Shown: positions 1 through 9,237 of the stretch, piece after piece
How the letters are laid out: every line of letters starts with the position of its first letter
How positions within the stretch are numbered: the stretch's first letter is position 1
IMG/VR virus record: IMGVR_UViG_3300002835_000006
Origin: a virus
Lineage: Duplodnaviria > Caudoviricetes
DNA length: 64,000 bases
Strand: one strand, 5' to 3'
Made by a program: the position numbers and the translations under genes
Notes under the pieces: model-generated
Seen by the model: only the letters and a program-made list of their open reading frames with translations
Told to the model about the DNA's origin: nothing
Databases searched by the model: none

Positions 1-25
1 CGTGCAAACTGTGTCCGAAACTCAT
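1..25 (-). CDS. 5' end of a gene running off the window edge (MSFGHSLH...)
   Basis: ATG at 25-23 on the minus strand, 13 nt after the GT11 stop, open to the window edge; too short to assign function. Confidence 0.35.
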
Positions 26-38
26 ATTGTTATTTTTT

Positions 39-878
39 TTATATTGGTTTAATAAGTCCTCCTTGGGTCCATTCCGTCGGAACTAAGGTCCAATTAGACT
101 CGAAAATATCTTTGGCATTCGGTCCTTTAGGTCCGAACCAAGTAGACGGGGCAATAATTTTTTTATTTTTGTTTTTGTTTAAAAAAGTTGCCCACCACGA
201 AAAAGTAGAATTTGGAATTATATGATTTTCACAAAGCCCCATAAGATACATTTCTTTCCAATCTTCATTTTCTTTTGGAAAAACAACGTTAGGAAAAGAA
301 AAATTATTCATAACGAAATCTCTACTACCAGGCCACCTTGATTCATCCTCAGTAAAAAGAAATACTGTGGAATATTCCCCAATCAATTTTAATGCTTCAG
401 AAATATATTCTATTGATATGGTTGGATGAATGTCAGGAAATTGTAAATATTCACCCCTTCTGATGTGAATAGACAGGGTTTTTGGTTGGTTCAGTTGAGG
501 ATATTTTTCTCTTAGTTCCTGAACAACATTCAATGAGGGTTGAAATGTTTCTCTTATTTTATCATCGAGACCAAACCAATTTTTGGTGCTTTGAAAGTAT
601 CCATAAAAGGATGTATTTCCTTGTAACGGGTTGATTTCGCTGTATTCAAAGGGACCTTCATGGACTGTTGTGTAGTGTTCCATTTTGTCCACGAATTTCA
701 AATTTCGGAAAACATTGTTGGTGTAATTATGTACAGGTCTTCCTTGACCAGGTGTGTTGGAATAAGGGAGAAATTCAACCTCTCTATTATGTTTCCACCC
801 TTGTGCTAATGCATGAGATGCTTGAAACAATTGATTTCCTAAACCACCCATGAAATGACAAGTAATTTTATTTCCCAT
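39..878 (-). CDS. alpha-1,2-fucosyltransferase-like glycosyltransferase (GT11)
   Basis: GGLGNQLFQ N-terminal motif, HIRRGEY (HxRRGDY) and NSTFSWW motifs typical of GT11. Confidence 0.9.
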   Translation of the reverse strand: MGNKITCHFMGGLGNQLFQASHALAQGWKHNREVEFLPYSNTPGQGRPVHNYTNNVFRNLKFVDKMEHYTTVHEGPFEYSEINPLQGNTSFYGYFQSTKNWFGLDDKIRETFQPSLNVVQELREKYPQLNQPKTLSIHIRRGEYLQFPDIHPTISIEYISEALKLIGEYSTVFLFTEDESRWPGSRDFVMNNFSFPNVVFPKENEDWKEMYLMGLCENHIIPNSTFSWWATFLNKNKNKKIIAPSTWFGPKGPNAKDIFESNWTLVPTEWTQGGLIKPI

Positions 879-892
879 AGAGTAAAATAAAT

Positions 893-1546
893 TTAATTTT
901 TATCATTTAAAAATAAAGTATCCCCCCAATTATGTGCCCATGGATGATAATATATTTTTTTATATCTTTTTGATTGCATGAAGTCTACAATGTCCTTCTC
1001 TAATTTTTGTCCTGCATACATTTCAATTTGACAAGTTTCTAATTGTATAATTCTGAAGTCAGTGGGCTGAAATAAAATTTCACTTGAATTCAAAACATCA
1101 AATTCAGAACCTTGAATATCCATATTCACATAATCAAATTCTGTCTCAAGGTTATTTTTTTTGAGAAAATCATCTATATTCACGGATTGTACCTTTACCG
1201 ACTTTATTTTTTTTATGTGGGGATATTGTTTGGAATGTTCTTTTAGTTCTAACAAAGAAGAACAACCTGTGTTACTCATATCATTACTATAAATCAGGTT
1301 GAAATCCAACTCTTTGTTTTCGTTAGATACTGCAACTTGGAAAATTTTTTGTGAAATGTGAGAATGTTTAAGAACATTTTTTTCCAAACCTTCAATCAAT
1401 TCAGGATTGGCTTCGAACCAGTAAATCAAGTCAGGATTCAATTTTAAATAAAATTCAATTTCATTTCCCAAATGTGCACCCAAATGGAGTATTTTTTTGA
1501 TTGGTCTTTCTTTGTGCAGTTCTAAAATTCTTTGATGTAAGCTCAT
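893..1546 (-). CDS. FkbM-family SAM-dependent methyltransferase
   Basis: LHLGAHLG, FEANP, SSLL and MDIQGSE (DxxGxE) motifs of the FkbM/Methyltransf_21 family. Confidence 0.85.
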   Translation of the reverse strand: MSLHQRILELHKERPIKKILHLGAHLGNEIEFYLKLNPDLIYWFEANPELIEGLEKNVLKHSHISQKIFQVAVSNENKELDFNLIYSNDMSNTGCSSLLELKEHSKQYPHIKKIKSVKVQSVNIDDFLKKNNLETEFDYVNMDIQGSEFDVLNSSEILFQPTDFRIIQLETCQIEMYAGQKLEKDIVDFMQSKRYKKIYYHPWAHNWGDTLFLNDKN

Positions 1547-1548
1547 TT

Positions 1549-2259
1549 TTATAATTCTTTATATGGTTGTTTATTTTTTAATAAATTATGATTTTCTATA
1601 ACTTTAGAGAAATTTACTTTGTGGTCGTTGATTGGGTTCCCTTCATTATAAATGTAAAGGATATCTGATATGTACCTAAAATGTTTGAGACCAGCCATTT
1701 CAACCATAGGCCAAATAAATGCAACATCTCCAGCAACAGGCCAATATACTCCATTTGGGTCTCTGAGGTCTTCGTCTTTAATTTTTTTCCATAACCAAGA
1801 TTTCCAAGTACGTAAATGGGATAATGTGAATGCTTGCTTGCGGAGATTTTCTGTTGTCTGTAATGGTCTATTAAACCCTTGACGACCGTCATGATATTTA
1901 AAAGAACCACTGGTAATCCAGACGTCTTCATCTTTATAAACTTCATCAATTTTTCCTAATACATTTGGGTTGGCTAACCAATCATCACCATTCACCTCGA
2001 CACATATCTCTTCATCAGGTAAATTTAATCCATTTATTATCTGATTGTAATTTCCGGGTGGGTAATGTTTCTCCTGATTTTCAATCAAAATGAATCTATT
2101 ATCTTTTTCGATAGCCCTTTTTATATGTTCCCGTGTATTATCTGTAGACATATCGTCGGTAATGTAACAAGTGAAATCCCTGAACCTTTGACTCATTAAA
2201 CTGAATATACATTTTTCGATATAATTTTCACAATTATATGACGCGGTTAAAATTGTCAT
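1549..2259 (-). CDS. GT2-family glycosyltransferase
   Basis: TASYNCENYI, ITDDMSTD, NGDDWL motifs; ATGA overlap with the upstream gene. Confidence 0.85.
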   Translation of the reverse strand: MTILTASYNCENYIEKCIFSLMSQRFRDFTCYITDDMSTDNTREHIKRAIEKDNRFILIENQEKHYPPGNYNQIINGLNLPDEEICVEVNGDDWLANPNVLGKIDEVYKDEDVWITSGSFKYHDGRQGFNRPLQTTENLRKQAFTLSHLRTWKSWLWKKIKDEDLRDPNGVYWPVAGDVAFIWPMVEMAGLKHFRYISDILYIYNEGNPINDHKVNFSKVIENHNLLKNKQPYKEL

Positions 2260-3887
2260 GATAAAATCTTTATATACATATTTTTTATTTCGTTAGCCAC
2301 ATTTGAACTATAGTATTTTTCAAGGTCTGTCGGAGGGTCAAATTTTTCTTTAGATGTAATTACTCCCAAAGAATCAACTTTATAAATCCACCCTGGTTTT
2401 CCCGAAAGCCAACCCTCTATGGTTGTTCTTCCAAGTTGTATTCCTGCGGTTTCGGAACAACCCTTCAAATATTTTTCAACGTTCCATGTAGAAGGAAAAT
2501 ATTTTACGTTATGTTCTCTGAGTATTGCATCTAAAAAATTACCCCTGTTTTCTCCGACAACCCATAATTCTTTATTTATTGATTGAGTATATTCAATTAG
2601 GTCCATTAAAGTTTCTCTCCTTAGATAATCTAAGGTTCCAACAAACAAAACATATCCCGACTCATTCAAATCAGATTTAACAAACTTTGATTCATCAATC
2701 GGATTGTAAATTATTTCGATATCATTTTCTGGTATTTGGAATTCGGATATTAGATTTTCTTTTATTTCAGGTCTTATTGCGATATATTTTTTTATGGAGG
2801 GGTGTATTACAGGGTTTTCCAGTTCTATTACTTCAGAATGAATTGTACAAATTTTATCAATTTCAGGATAAAAGTTTAATATTCTTTCAGCTACAGGTTT
2901 GTGTTGAATGTGAATTATATCAAAATTCACTTCGGACACCCTGTACATCATGTTCACTTGTGAAACTTTGTACCCATTACCATCATCGAATCCCCATTTA
3001 CCGTCTCCCAATTTGAAACCTGGAGCTTGTTCAAAGGACAAACATTTTATCCCATTTTTCTTAGCTAAATCTGTAAGTGGACCACCAATTTGTGACATTA
3101 CAGTTACGTCACAATTTAGTTTCTTTAGACCTCTAGCTAATTCATAGACATACAATTCAGAACCAGTGAAAGTCTTGAAATTTAGACAAGTAAGTAAAAC
3201 ATTTATTTTATCCTTATCTTTGTCGAATTGTATTTTTTGTGGTAGTTTAGAAGAATACTTTTGCACAAACAATTGTCGATTTGATTCCCATTGTTCGTTG
3301 GTCATACCAATAGATTGGTGAGTAATCCTTATGTTAGTTATTACACCAACTTTAACACCTTCCAAATAGTTTTCGAAACAAAATGGAATGTCGTAGAAAT
3401 GGAATCCTTTGAATTCTTCGTTGAAATTTTTCTTTATTCTTTTTTTGTGAATTGCTATAAATAATCCATCAACAACAACTACGGGTTTAATATCTTTACC
3501 GATGGGTTCTGAGTACTTAGATTCCCATTTTTTTGTACCTTGTTGGTGGTTTACTATCCCATACATCTTCCTACGATTTTCCCACCATTGTCCACTCTCA
3601 GGCATATGAGTTGTACCCGCAACACCTAAAATACCAAACTCTGAATTATTAAAATGTTCCAATAGTTTTGGATACCAAGCGGAGGTATCAAAGGTTATAT
3701 CGTCGTGGCATAGAACGACAATATCCGTAGTCGCTTCATTTATAATCTCATTATATATTTCTGATAGAGATTTTTCTCCGTTATTTACTTTTTCTATAAC
3801 AAGATTTTTTTTAAAACCAGAGCTTTTTATAAAATATTCTTTTAGCTTGGAATTTGATTCTCGGGTTGAATATCCTATTGTAATCAT
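2256..3887 (-). CDS. two-domain glycosyltransferase (N-terminal GT-A/GT2-like plus C-terminal GT-B/GT4-like)
   Basis: LCHDDITF and GFHFYD in the N-half; TFTGSELYVYELARGL typical of a GT4 N-terminus in the C-half. Confidence 0.75.
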   Translation of the reverse strand: MITIGYSTRESNSKLKEYFIKSSGFKKNLVIEKVNNGEKSLSEIYNEIINEATTDIVVLCHDDITFDTSAWYPKLLEHFNNSEFGILGVAGTTHMPESGQWWENRRKMYGIVNHQQGTKKWESKYSEPIGKDIKPVVVVDGLFIAIHKKRIKKNFNEEFKGFHFYDIPFCFENYLEGVKVGVITNIRITHQSIGMTNEQWESNRQLFVQKYSSKLPQKIQFDKDKDKINVLLTCLNFKTFTGSELYVYELARGLKKLNCDVTVMSQIGGPLTDLAKKNGIKCLSFEQAPGFKLGDGKWGFDDGNGYKVSQVNMMYRVSEVNFDIIHIQHKPVAERILNFYPEIDKICTIHSEVIELENPVIHPSIKKYIAIRPEIKENLISEFQIPENDIEIIYNPIDESKFVKSDLNESGYVLFVGTLDYLRRETLMDLIEYTQSINKELWVVGENRGNFLDAILREHNVKYFPSTWNVEKYLKGCSETAGIQLGRTTIEGWLSGKPGWIYKVDSLGVITSKEKFDPPTDLEKYYSSNVANEIKNMYIKILS

Positions 3888-4057
3888 TATTCTAATCTTT
3901 TTTTCTTAGATTCTTTAATTATTTCGTGTGCGGTCTTGGTCGGTTCTTTTTTTGCTAACGATATACAATCTATAATGAACTCGGCAAGAACGTGTTTTTT
4001 ATCTAATTTTTTTATTAGCTCTACGAGTGTGTCCAAATTTTCATAATATTTTCCCAT
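3887..4057 (-). CDS. small hypothetical protein (56 aa, MGKYYENLDTLVELIKKLDKKHVLAEFIIDCISLAKKEPTKTAHEIIKESKKKRLE), below the ORF-track cutoff
   Basis: Manual translation; fills the gap between dut and the GT gene, TAATG overlap with the downstream start. Confidence 0.7.
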   Translation of the reverse strand: MGKYYENLDTLVELIKKLDKKHVLAEFIIDCISLAKKEPTKTAHEIIKESKKKRLE

Positions 4058-4068
4058 AAAAAAAGTTT

Positions 4069-4674
4069 TTAAATACCTGTACTTCCAAACCCATTGTCAC
4101 CACGGTCTGTTTGGTCAAAACTTTCAACTTCTTCAATTTTCACAAAGTTACCGTTTACCACAGGACATAAGACACCCTGAGCAACTTTCATATTTTTATT
4201 TATTGTGAAAGGGGAATTGTTTGTATTAAAAATGGGAACCTTTATTTCTCCTGAATAACCTTGGTCTACTGTACCCGGTGAATTCAAAACCATAATACCT
4301 TGATTGATTGCCAATCCACTTTTTGTCCTAATTTGAATTTCATATCCTTCGGGAAACTGAAAACTCAATCCTGTCGGAATTAAAGCCCTACCAAATGCGG
4401 GTATTTCAACTTCTATTGTTGAGTATAAATCAAACCCTGAGTCCGATGGGTAATTATATGAAGGTAGAGTCGCGTCATCATTTAGTTTTTTTACTTTCAG
4501 ATGTGTTGTTTTTGATTCTTTAATAAATTCCTGACTGAGGTCATCAAATGACATAGAAACCAAAGAATCTAATTCATCTTCGGAATCAACATCCAACCCT
4601 TTTGAATTTGCTTCTGATGTTAGTTTTTCTAATAATTGTAAAAGTTCCTCAAACTCCTTATTATTTTCACTCAT
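4069..4674 (-). CDS. dut: trimeric dUTPase with acidic N-terminal extension
   Basis: Motifs SGFDL, TKSGLA, GTVDQGYSGEI, VAQ, RGDNGFGSTG. Confidence 0.92.
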   Translation of the reverse strand: MSENNKEFEELLQLLEKLTSEANSKGLDVDSEDELDSLVSMSFDDLSQEFIKESKTTHLKVKKLNDDATLPSYNYPSDSGFDLYSTIEVEIPAFGRALIPTGLSFQFPEGYEIQIRTKSGLAINQGIMVLNSPGTVDQGYSGEIKVPIFNTNNSPFTINKNMKVAQGVLCPVVNGNFVKIEEVESFDQTDRGDNGFGSTGI

Positions 4675-5372
4675 TTTAATTGATTTAATTTTTTAATAAC
4701 ATTTATCAAAGATAGGACATCTGCTTCACAGTAATTCTTGATACCTTCGTAATCTTTTTTTGTCCAAAATGCGTCATGAACTTTATTTCCTGTAACCTCC
4801 ATAGTTTTAGGTGAAGGTACCCCTAAACAAACACACATCAACTCCAAAGATGCAATAGAACCGTAACCTCCGTATTGCCATACTTCTTTAGTGTCGAGGG
4901 CTTTTATTTCCCAAGGTTTAGTATCGTGACCTGGCAAAATTTTAGGAGGTAAAATTCCATTTATTATCATTCTTTTTGCCAACACAGGAATATCAAAACC
5001 TTTTACATTATGTCCACACAGATAGAATCCGAGTTCACCCACCTTGTGTAGAATTTTCTGAACATCTAATAATAACTTTTTTTCGTCTACATCATTATGA
5101 GATTCAATTTTTACTTCTCCTTTTTTGTTTATAAAGGCAACACTTACACAAACAATTCGATTGAATTCTGGTACAAGAGCAGACTTATTGACAAACATTT
5201 CTGATATTGGTTTGTTTGCATCCTCAGGAAATCTTTTTTGAAACCAATCAAAATAGTTTTCAAATTGAAAAGAGAGAGGCTCATTATTTTTCTTTAATGA
5301 ATCCCAATCTTTTTCAACACCAACAGTTTCAATGTCTAAAAATAATAATTTGTCAATAGGAATGTTTATCAT
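4671..5372 (-). CDS. stand-alone DEDD 3'-5' exonuclease (PolB-exonuclease-related)
   Basis: FLDIETV, GHNVKGFDIP, YCEADV exo I-III motifs. Confidence 0.85.
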   Translation of the reverse strand: MINIPIDKLLFLDIETVGVEKDWDSLKKNNEPLSFQFENYFDWFQKRFPEDANKPISEMFVNKSALVPEFNRIVCVSVAFINKKGEVKIESHNDVDEKKLLLDVQKILHKVGELGFYLCGHNVKGFDIPVLAKRMIINGILPPKILPGHDTKPWEIKALDTKEVWQYGGYGSIASLELMCVCLGVPSPKTMEVTGNKVHDAFWTKKDYEGIKNYCEADVLSLINVIKKLNQLK

Positions 5373-6580
5373 ACAAGTGATTTATAAAATTCTGCTCTTT
5401 GTTTTGTAACGACTCTCAAATCGTATTTATCTTTTACTGATTCATAAAGTCTTTCTCCCAAATCTTTAACCCAATTGGGATTTTTTTGAAGTTTTTCAAT
5501 ATACTTAGCCCAATCTGAGTGATTTCTGTTTTCATCCACAAGGAGTGCATTACCATCAACAAAATTACCATTTTGAAGTGAATGTACCAAATCAATTGTA
5601 TATGGTCCTAAATTAGAGGCGATTATAGCTTTTTTATAAAATCCGGCTTCAATTACTTTCAATTGGGATTTCATTCTGTTGAACATTGTATTTTTGATTG
5701 GTGCCAAAGATACGTCAAATTTTGAATAGTTTTTTGCGTAGGATTGAACAGGTTTGGTCCAAACACGAACATAGGATTCACTCAATTCATCAACATATTC
5801 AACTTGTGAAAAGTCCAATAAATATTTTTTATATGATTCTGAAACTATTGAATAATCTTGAGTGAAAATTTTTTCATAATTGGCCCACACTGTCTCGTGA
5901 GGTAGTATGTTTCTTTTTTTATGTTCACCATTTTGAGGATTGATTTCGGTAATAGTTCCCCTAGTATCAAATCCACAAAGCACAAATTGTAAATTTTTAG
6001 ATAAAGAAGTTAGCTTACTGAATGAACCATCTAATAATTGGATGTCATGTAAATGTGAGGAGCCTCCCAACCAACCTATTCGTAATCTATCAGACTCGGT
6101 GTTTTTTTCTTTGAATTGTGACTCATCGGGATTTATTGCGTTAGGAAAAACAACCACGTTTTTATTTGTCTTTTTAATTTCATCTGCAAACAACGAAGTA
6201 GTGGTTGTAACGTACTTAGCTTCTTTCAAATTAGCAACAATCTTCTCATTTATTTTATTGAATCTAATGATATCGTGGATTGGATGTTCTTTACCGGGCA
6301 TCCAATAATCATCGATGTCATCAATTGTGATAACATCTGTAGACTGTAGTTTTTTTAACATGTCATTTGATTTCTCGAAGTCAGGGTTCAAACTTCTATG
6401 AAATGCTACGATTTGGTATTTTTTGAAAAATTCTATGTCCTCTATGGGTACATCGTAAATTATATCCACATGAAAATCATCAGGATAAAGATTTTGTAAA
6501 AAAATATGAGGGTCTACAGACCTAAATTTACCAACCCCTGTGCGGTCAGAAGGAATAACAAGTACATTGATTTTTGACAT
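5369..6580 (-). CDS. GT-B fold glycosyltransferase (GT4-like)
   Basis: DIDDYW, IGWLGGSSH, DVSLAP..FNRMKSQLKVIEAG..IIASN motifs. Confidence 0.8.
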   Translation of the reverse strand: MSKINVLVIPSDRTGVGKFRSVDPHIFLQNLYPDDFHVDIIYDVPIEDIEFFKKYQIVAFHRSLNPDFEKSNDMLKKLQSTDVITIDDIDDYWMPGKEHPIHDIIRFNKINEKIVANLKEAKYVTTTTSLFADEIKKTNKNVVVFPNAINPDESQFKEKNTESDRLRIGWLGGSSHLHDIQLLDGSFSKLTSLSKNLQFVLCGFDTRGTITEINPQNGEHKKRNILPHETVWANYEKIFTQDYSIVSESYKKYLLDFSQVEYVDELSESYVRVWTKPVQSYAKNYSKFDVSLAPIKNTMFNRMKSQLKVIEAGFYKKAIIASNLGPYTIDLVHSLQNGNFVDGNALLVDENRNHSDWAKYIEKLQKNPNWVKDLGERLYESVKDKYDLRVVTKQRAEFYKSLV

Positions 6581-6634
6581 AAAGTTTTAGTATATTGGAG
6601 AAATATAACACTTTAAGTCAAATAAGAAAAGTTG

Positions 6635-7240
6635 TTAAACTATTTTTTTAACTTTTGTAACTTTACCTTCAAAAACATGTTTACCAACTCTGAAACTGAA
6701 TTGTTCGTTGGTTTTTTCTGTGGATTCAATCAACAAATTATTTTTTCTAAGAGCCTTGTTGACCGCTTCTTCAATCATTTCTTGAATCAAGTCGTAGTCG
6801 ATTGATGATGTTTGAGGTGGAGATACCTTTTCTTTGGCACTTTCAGGAATGTAATTGCTATCTTGTTTTTTCATCAACCGTGATGCTTTTTCAATCAACT
6901 CGTTAGAAATGCTCATTTGAGGTTGTTGTGGTTGTGCAATAGGATGTTCAATCATCAATCTTTTAATCTCGTCTGGTAACTTTGAATTTTTTATTGCATC
7001 AATTGTAGGAACTCCTACAGGTTTTGTATTTTCTCTTGGTACTGAACTGAGAAGTGGTGCGGAGGAAGGCTGTTCCTGCAAGAATTCTGCTGGGATGTTG
7101 TATTTTGCGGGAGGTGCATCAAAATTTTCTAACATTTCTGAGGGTGGCAAACCAGAATTTTTATTTCTTGACACATTATTAGTTGCATCCATTATCGCTT
7201 TAGATTTCATCAGTTTTTGCATCAAATCGTCCATAATCAA
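6635..7240 (-). CDS. hypothetical protein (late operon)
   Basis: 201 aa ORF, Pro/Gln-rich middle, overlap-coupled to the WYL gene. Confidence 0.75.
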   Translation of the reverse strand: MIMDDLMQKLMKSKAIMDATNNVSRNKNSGLPPSEMLENFDAPPAKYNIPAEFLQEQPSSAPLLSSVPRENTKPVGVPTIDAIKNSKLPDEIKRLMIEHPIAQPQQPQMSISNELIEKASRLMKKQDSNYIPESAKEKVSPPQTSSIDYDLIQEMIEEAVNKALRKNNLLIESTEKTNEQFSFRVGKHVFEGKVTKVKKIV

Positions 7241-7620
7241 AATTTACTTATACATTTTATTTCTGAAGCCCTTTTATCACCATTGGGATTAAATCCGGCT
7301 TTCATTTCTGAAAAATTTTCACCTGTTGGGTTCCAAGATAAAATTTTATCAGTTCTAAATAATCTCCATCCCGGTAATACCCCATCACCTACCGCAACTT
7401 TATGTGAAGCACCTTCTCTTTCCCAGCCAGTTAGAACGGTATTACCACTATCTTTATGTATGAACAAACACACTGGTTCGATAGTTCTCAATCCTCTTCC
7501 CTTAGGTTCATCTCCATCATAGAAAATAGAAATAACCTTTTTATCGTCAATAGCATTACAGATTTCCTCCCTTGAAGCTATTTCGACAACCAAAGATTTA
7601 AAAACCTCTGTCAGTTTCAT
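7237..7620 (-). CDS. stand-alone WYL-domain protein
   Basis: ISIFY..RTIEPV..LTGW..WRLFRTDKI pattern of WYL domains; no HTH. Confidence 0.75.
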   Translation of the reverse strand: MKLTEVFKSLVVEIASREEICNAIDDKKVISIFYDGDEPKGRGLRTIEPVCLFIHKDSGNTVLTGWEREGASHKVAVGDGVLPGWRLFRTDKILSWNPTGENFSEMKAGFNPNGDKRASEIKCISKF

Positions 7621-7916
7621 ATCTGAAAGTTAGGATATTGGTTTGATGAATTATATCTGTTAGTCCTTATACCGTTTCTGCGTTCAACTACATCATCTAT
7701 AGTTCCGGCAGCAGGATTATAAACGTCCAAAAATATACCAGTTCCTCTACCCAATCTATCACCATCGGCTAAGGCGTCTTGGTTAGTTGCGGAGTATGGA
7801 TTACCAACTGCGTTGTAATCGTTTTTAGGTATAAGTTTTGCTCTCTCTAACTCAGCAATTGCTGTTAGTTGATTAGGAACGTCTTGAGATAAATCAATAG
7901 GAAGGTCGTTTGCCAT
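7617..7916 (-). CDS. hypothetical protein, possibly virion-associated
   Basis: 99 aa ORF in a tightly packed late operon. Confidence 0.7.
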   Translation of the reverse strand: MANDLPIDLSQDVPNQLTAIAELERAKLIPKNDYNAVGNPYSATNQDALADGDRLGRGTGIFLDVYNPAAGTIDDVVERRNGIRTNRYNSSNQYPNFQI

Positions 7917-7920
7917 AAAA

Positions 7921-8388
7921 TTAAATTTTTGAAATTAAATCGTTTATTTTTTTTAAACTTTCAGTCACAGCCACATCATATTTTTCTCTTGTGGATAAAT
8001 GTTTCTGAGATGGTCTAACATTTGTGAAATCCTTTTTCTCGTGTGGTTTTATAAATTGATTTTGCATTCCCGTCTCCATTTTGTTTTTCTTCACGGCTTC
8101 GGGGTTTCTTCTCATAAAATCTAACTCATAATTTACCCAATTTTTCATAGGGAAACCACCATTCAACACAAATGAAGGCTCTTTTTGTGAACCTTTGAAA
8201 TTGTCAAAAAAGTTTTTAATTCTTTTAAGTTGTTTGTAGGTAATATAATTTTTGTTCTGAAGTTCTTTATTTCTTTTATATCCCTCATCATTTTCGTTGA
8301 AATCCTTTACCTTGTAGAAACAAATTTTCAAATGCTTCCTCAAATGTTCTGGAAATTCAATTTCTTTATCGTATAAATTCTTATTCAC
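7921..8388 (-). CDS. hypothetical protein
   Basis: 155 aa ORF; basic; ends VTESLKKINDLISKI. Confidence 0.7.
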   Translation of the reverse strand: MNKNLYDKEIEFPEHLRKHLKICFYKVKDFNENDEGYKRNKELQNKNYITYKQLKRIKNFFDNFKGSQKEPSFVLNGGFPMKNWVNYELDFMRRNPEAVKKNKMETGMQNQFIKPHEKKDFTNVRPSQKHLSTREKYDVAVTESLKKINDLISKI

Positions 8389-9184
8389 TTTTCAAAAGTT
8401 TTATCAAAGAAGAAAGTGATATTCCCTCTTTTTCGGCTTGTTTTTTAAGGGATTTTAAATTTTTCTTTAAAATTTTAGACGCCTCTATTTCTTTTTTATT
8501 CAAATCTGAATTATGAGAATCTTTTGATTTCATTAAAATATCTTCAAGCATTTTGAAAACTTTTTGTTTTCTCAGTTCTTCAATTCTTTGTTTTTCCACC
8601 AACCTGATTCTCATTTTACTACCAGGTTTTTTTCCTTTATTTATTTTTACGGTTTTACCAAACTCGTTTGCTCTTTCTTTTGCATTATCAACTCCCATGT
8701 CCTTCAGAATTTTGATTGTATCTTCAGGAGTTTTACCAGATGTTTCTTCATATCCAAAGGCCTTAGATAAATCAACTTCTTCAACCTCCTCAACAGATTC
8801 ACCATAGTATGTTCTGTATCCACGTGCAATTGGGTCATTTGTAATTCTTGCGGCTGCGACGGTTTGGTCCATTGTTTTTTTAGGGTGTAATGCTGGGTCT
8901 AAAATTGGAATTTTTGAAAGAGACATCACACCATCCGAATCCACTAACTCTTCGATTTCTTTTTTTACGTCAGATGTTTTCTTAGGTGTTTTTTTCTTAG
9001 TTATTTTATTGATATATCTTTTAACCACCTCGACCTTGTCTTTAGGTACCTTTACCATTACATCATTATTTTTTGCCTCAGAAATAGTATTTTCTACAGC
9101 CATGTATAATGAATAATCTTTTCCCTTGTTTTTCAAGAAGAAATAGTACGGGGATGAATAATATTCCAAACCTTCTGTAATCAT
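8381..9184 (-). CDS. hypothetical charged protein, possible head/core protein
   Basis: 267 aa Lys/Glu-rich ORF starting MITEG; TATTTAT motif 17 nt upstream. Confidence 0.7.
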   Translation of the reverse strand: MITEGLEYYSSPYYFFLKNKGKDYSLYMAVENTISEAKNNDVMVKVPKDKVEVVKRYINKITKKKTPKKTSDVKKEIEELVDSDGVMSLSKIPILDPALHPKKTMDQTVAAARITNDPIARGYRTYYGESVEEVEEVDLSKAFGYEETSGKTPEDTIKILKDMGVDNAKERANEFGKTVKINKGKKPGSKMRIRLVEKQRIEELRKQKVFKMLEDILMKSKDSHNSDLNKKEIEASKILKKNLKSLKKQAEKEGISLSSLIKLLKSE

Positions 9185-9200
9185 CTTTTGAGTTTTATTC

Positions 9201-9229
9201 TATAAATACTCGTTGGTAATGTATTTATC
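9201..9229. promoter_or_regulatory. back-to-back putative late promoters (TATTTAT on each strand)
   Basis: tataaatac at 9201-9209 (minus) and gtatttatc at 9221-9229 (plus), between divergent genes. Confidence 0.65.
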
Positions 9230-9237
9230 ATTAGTTT

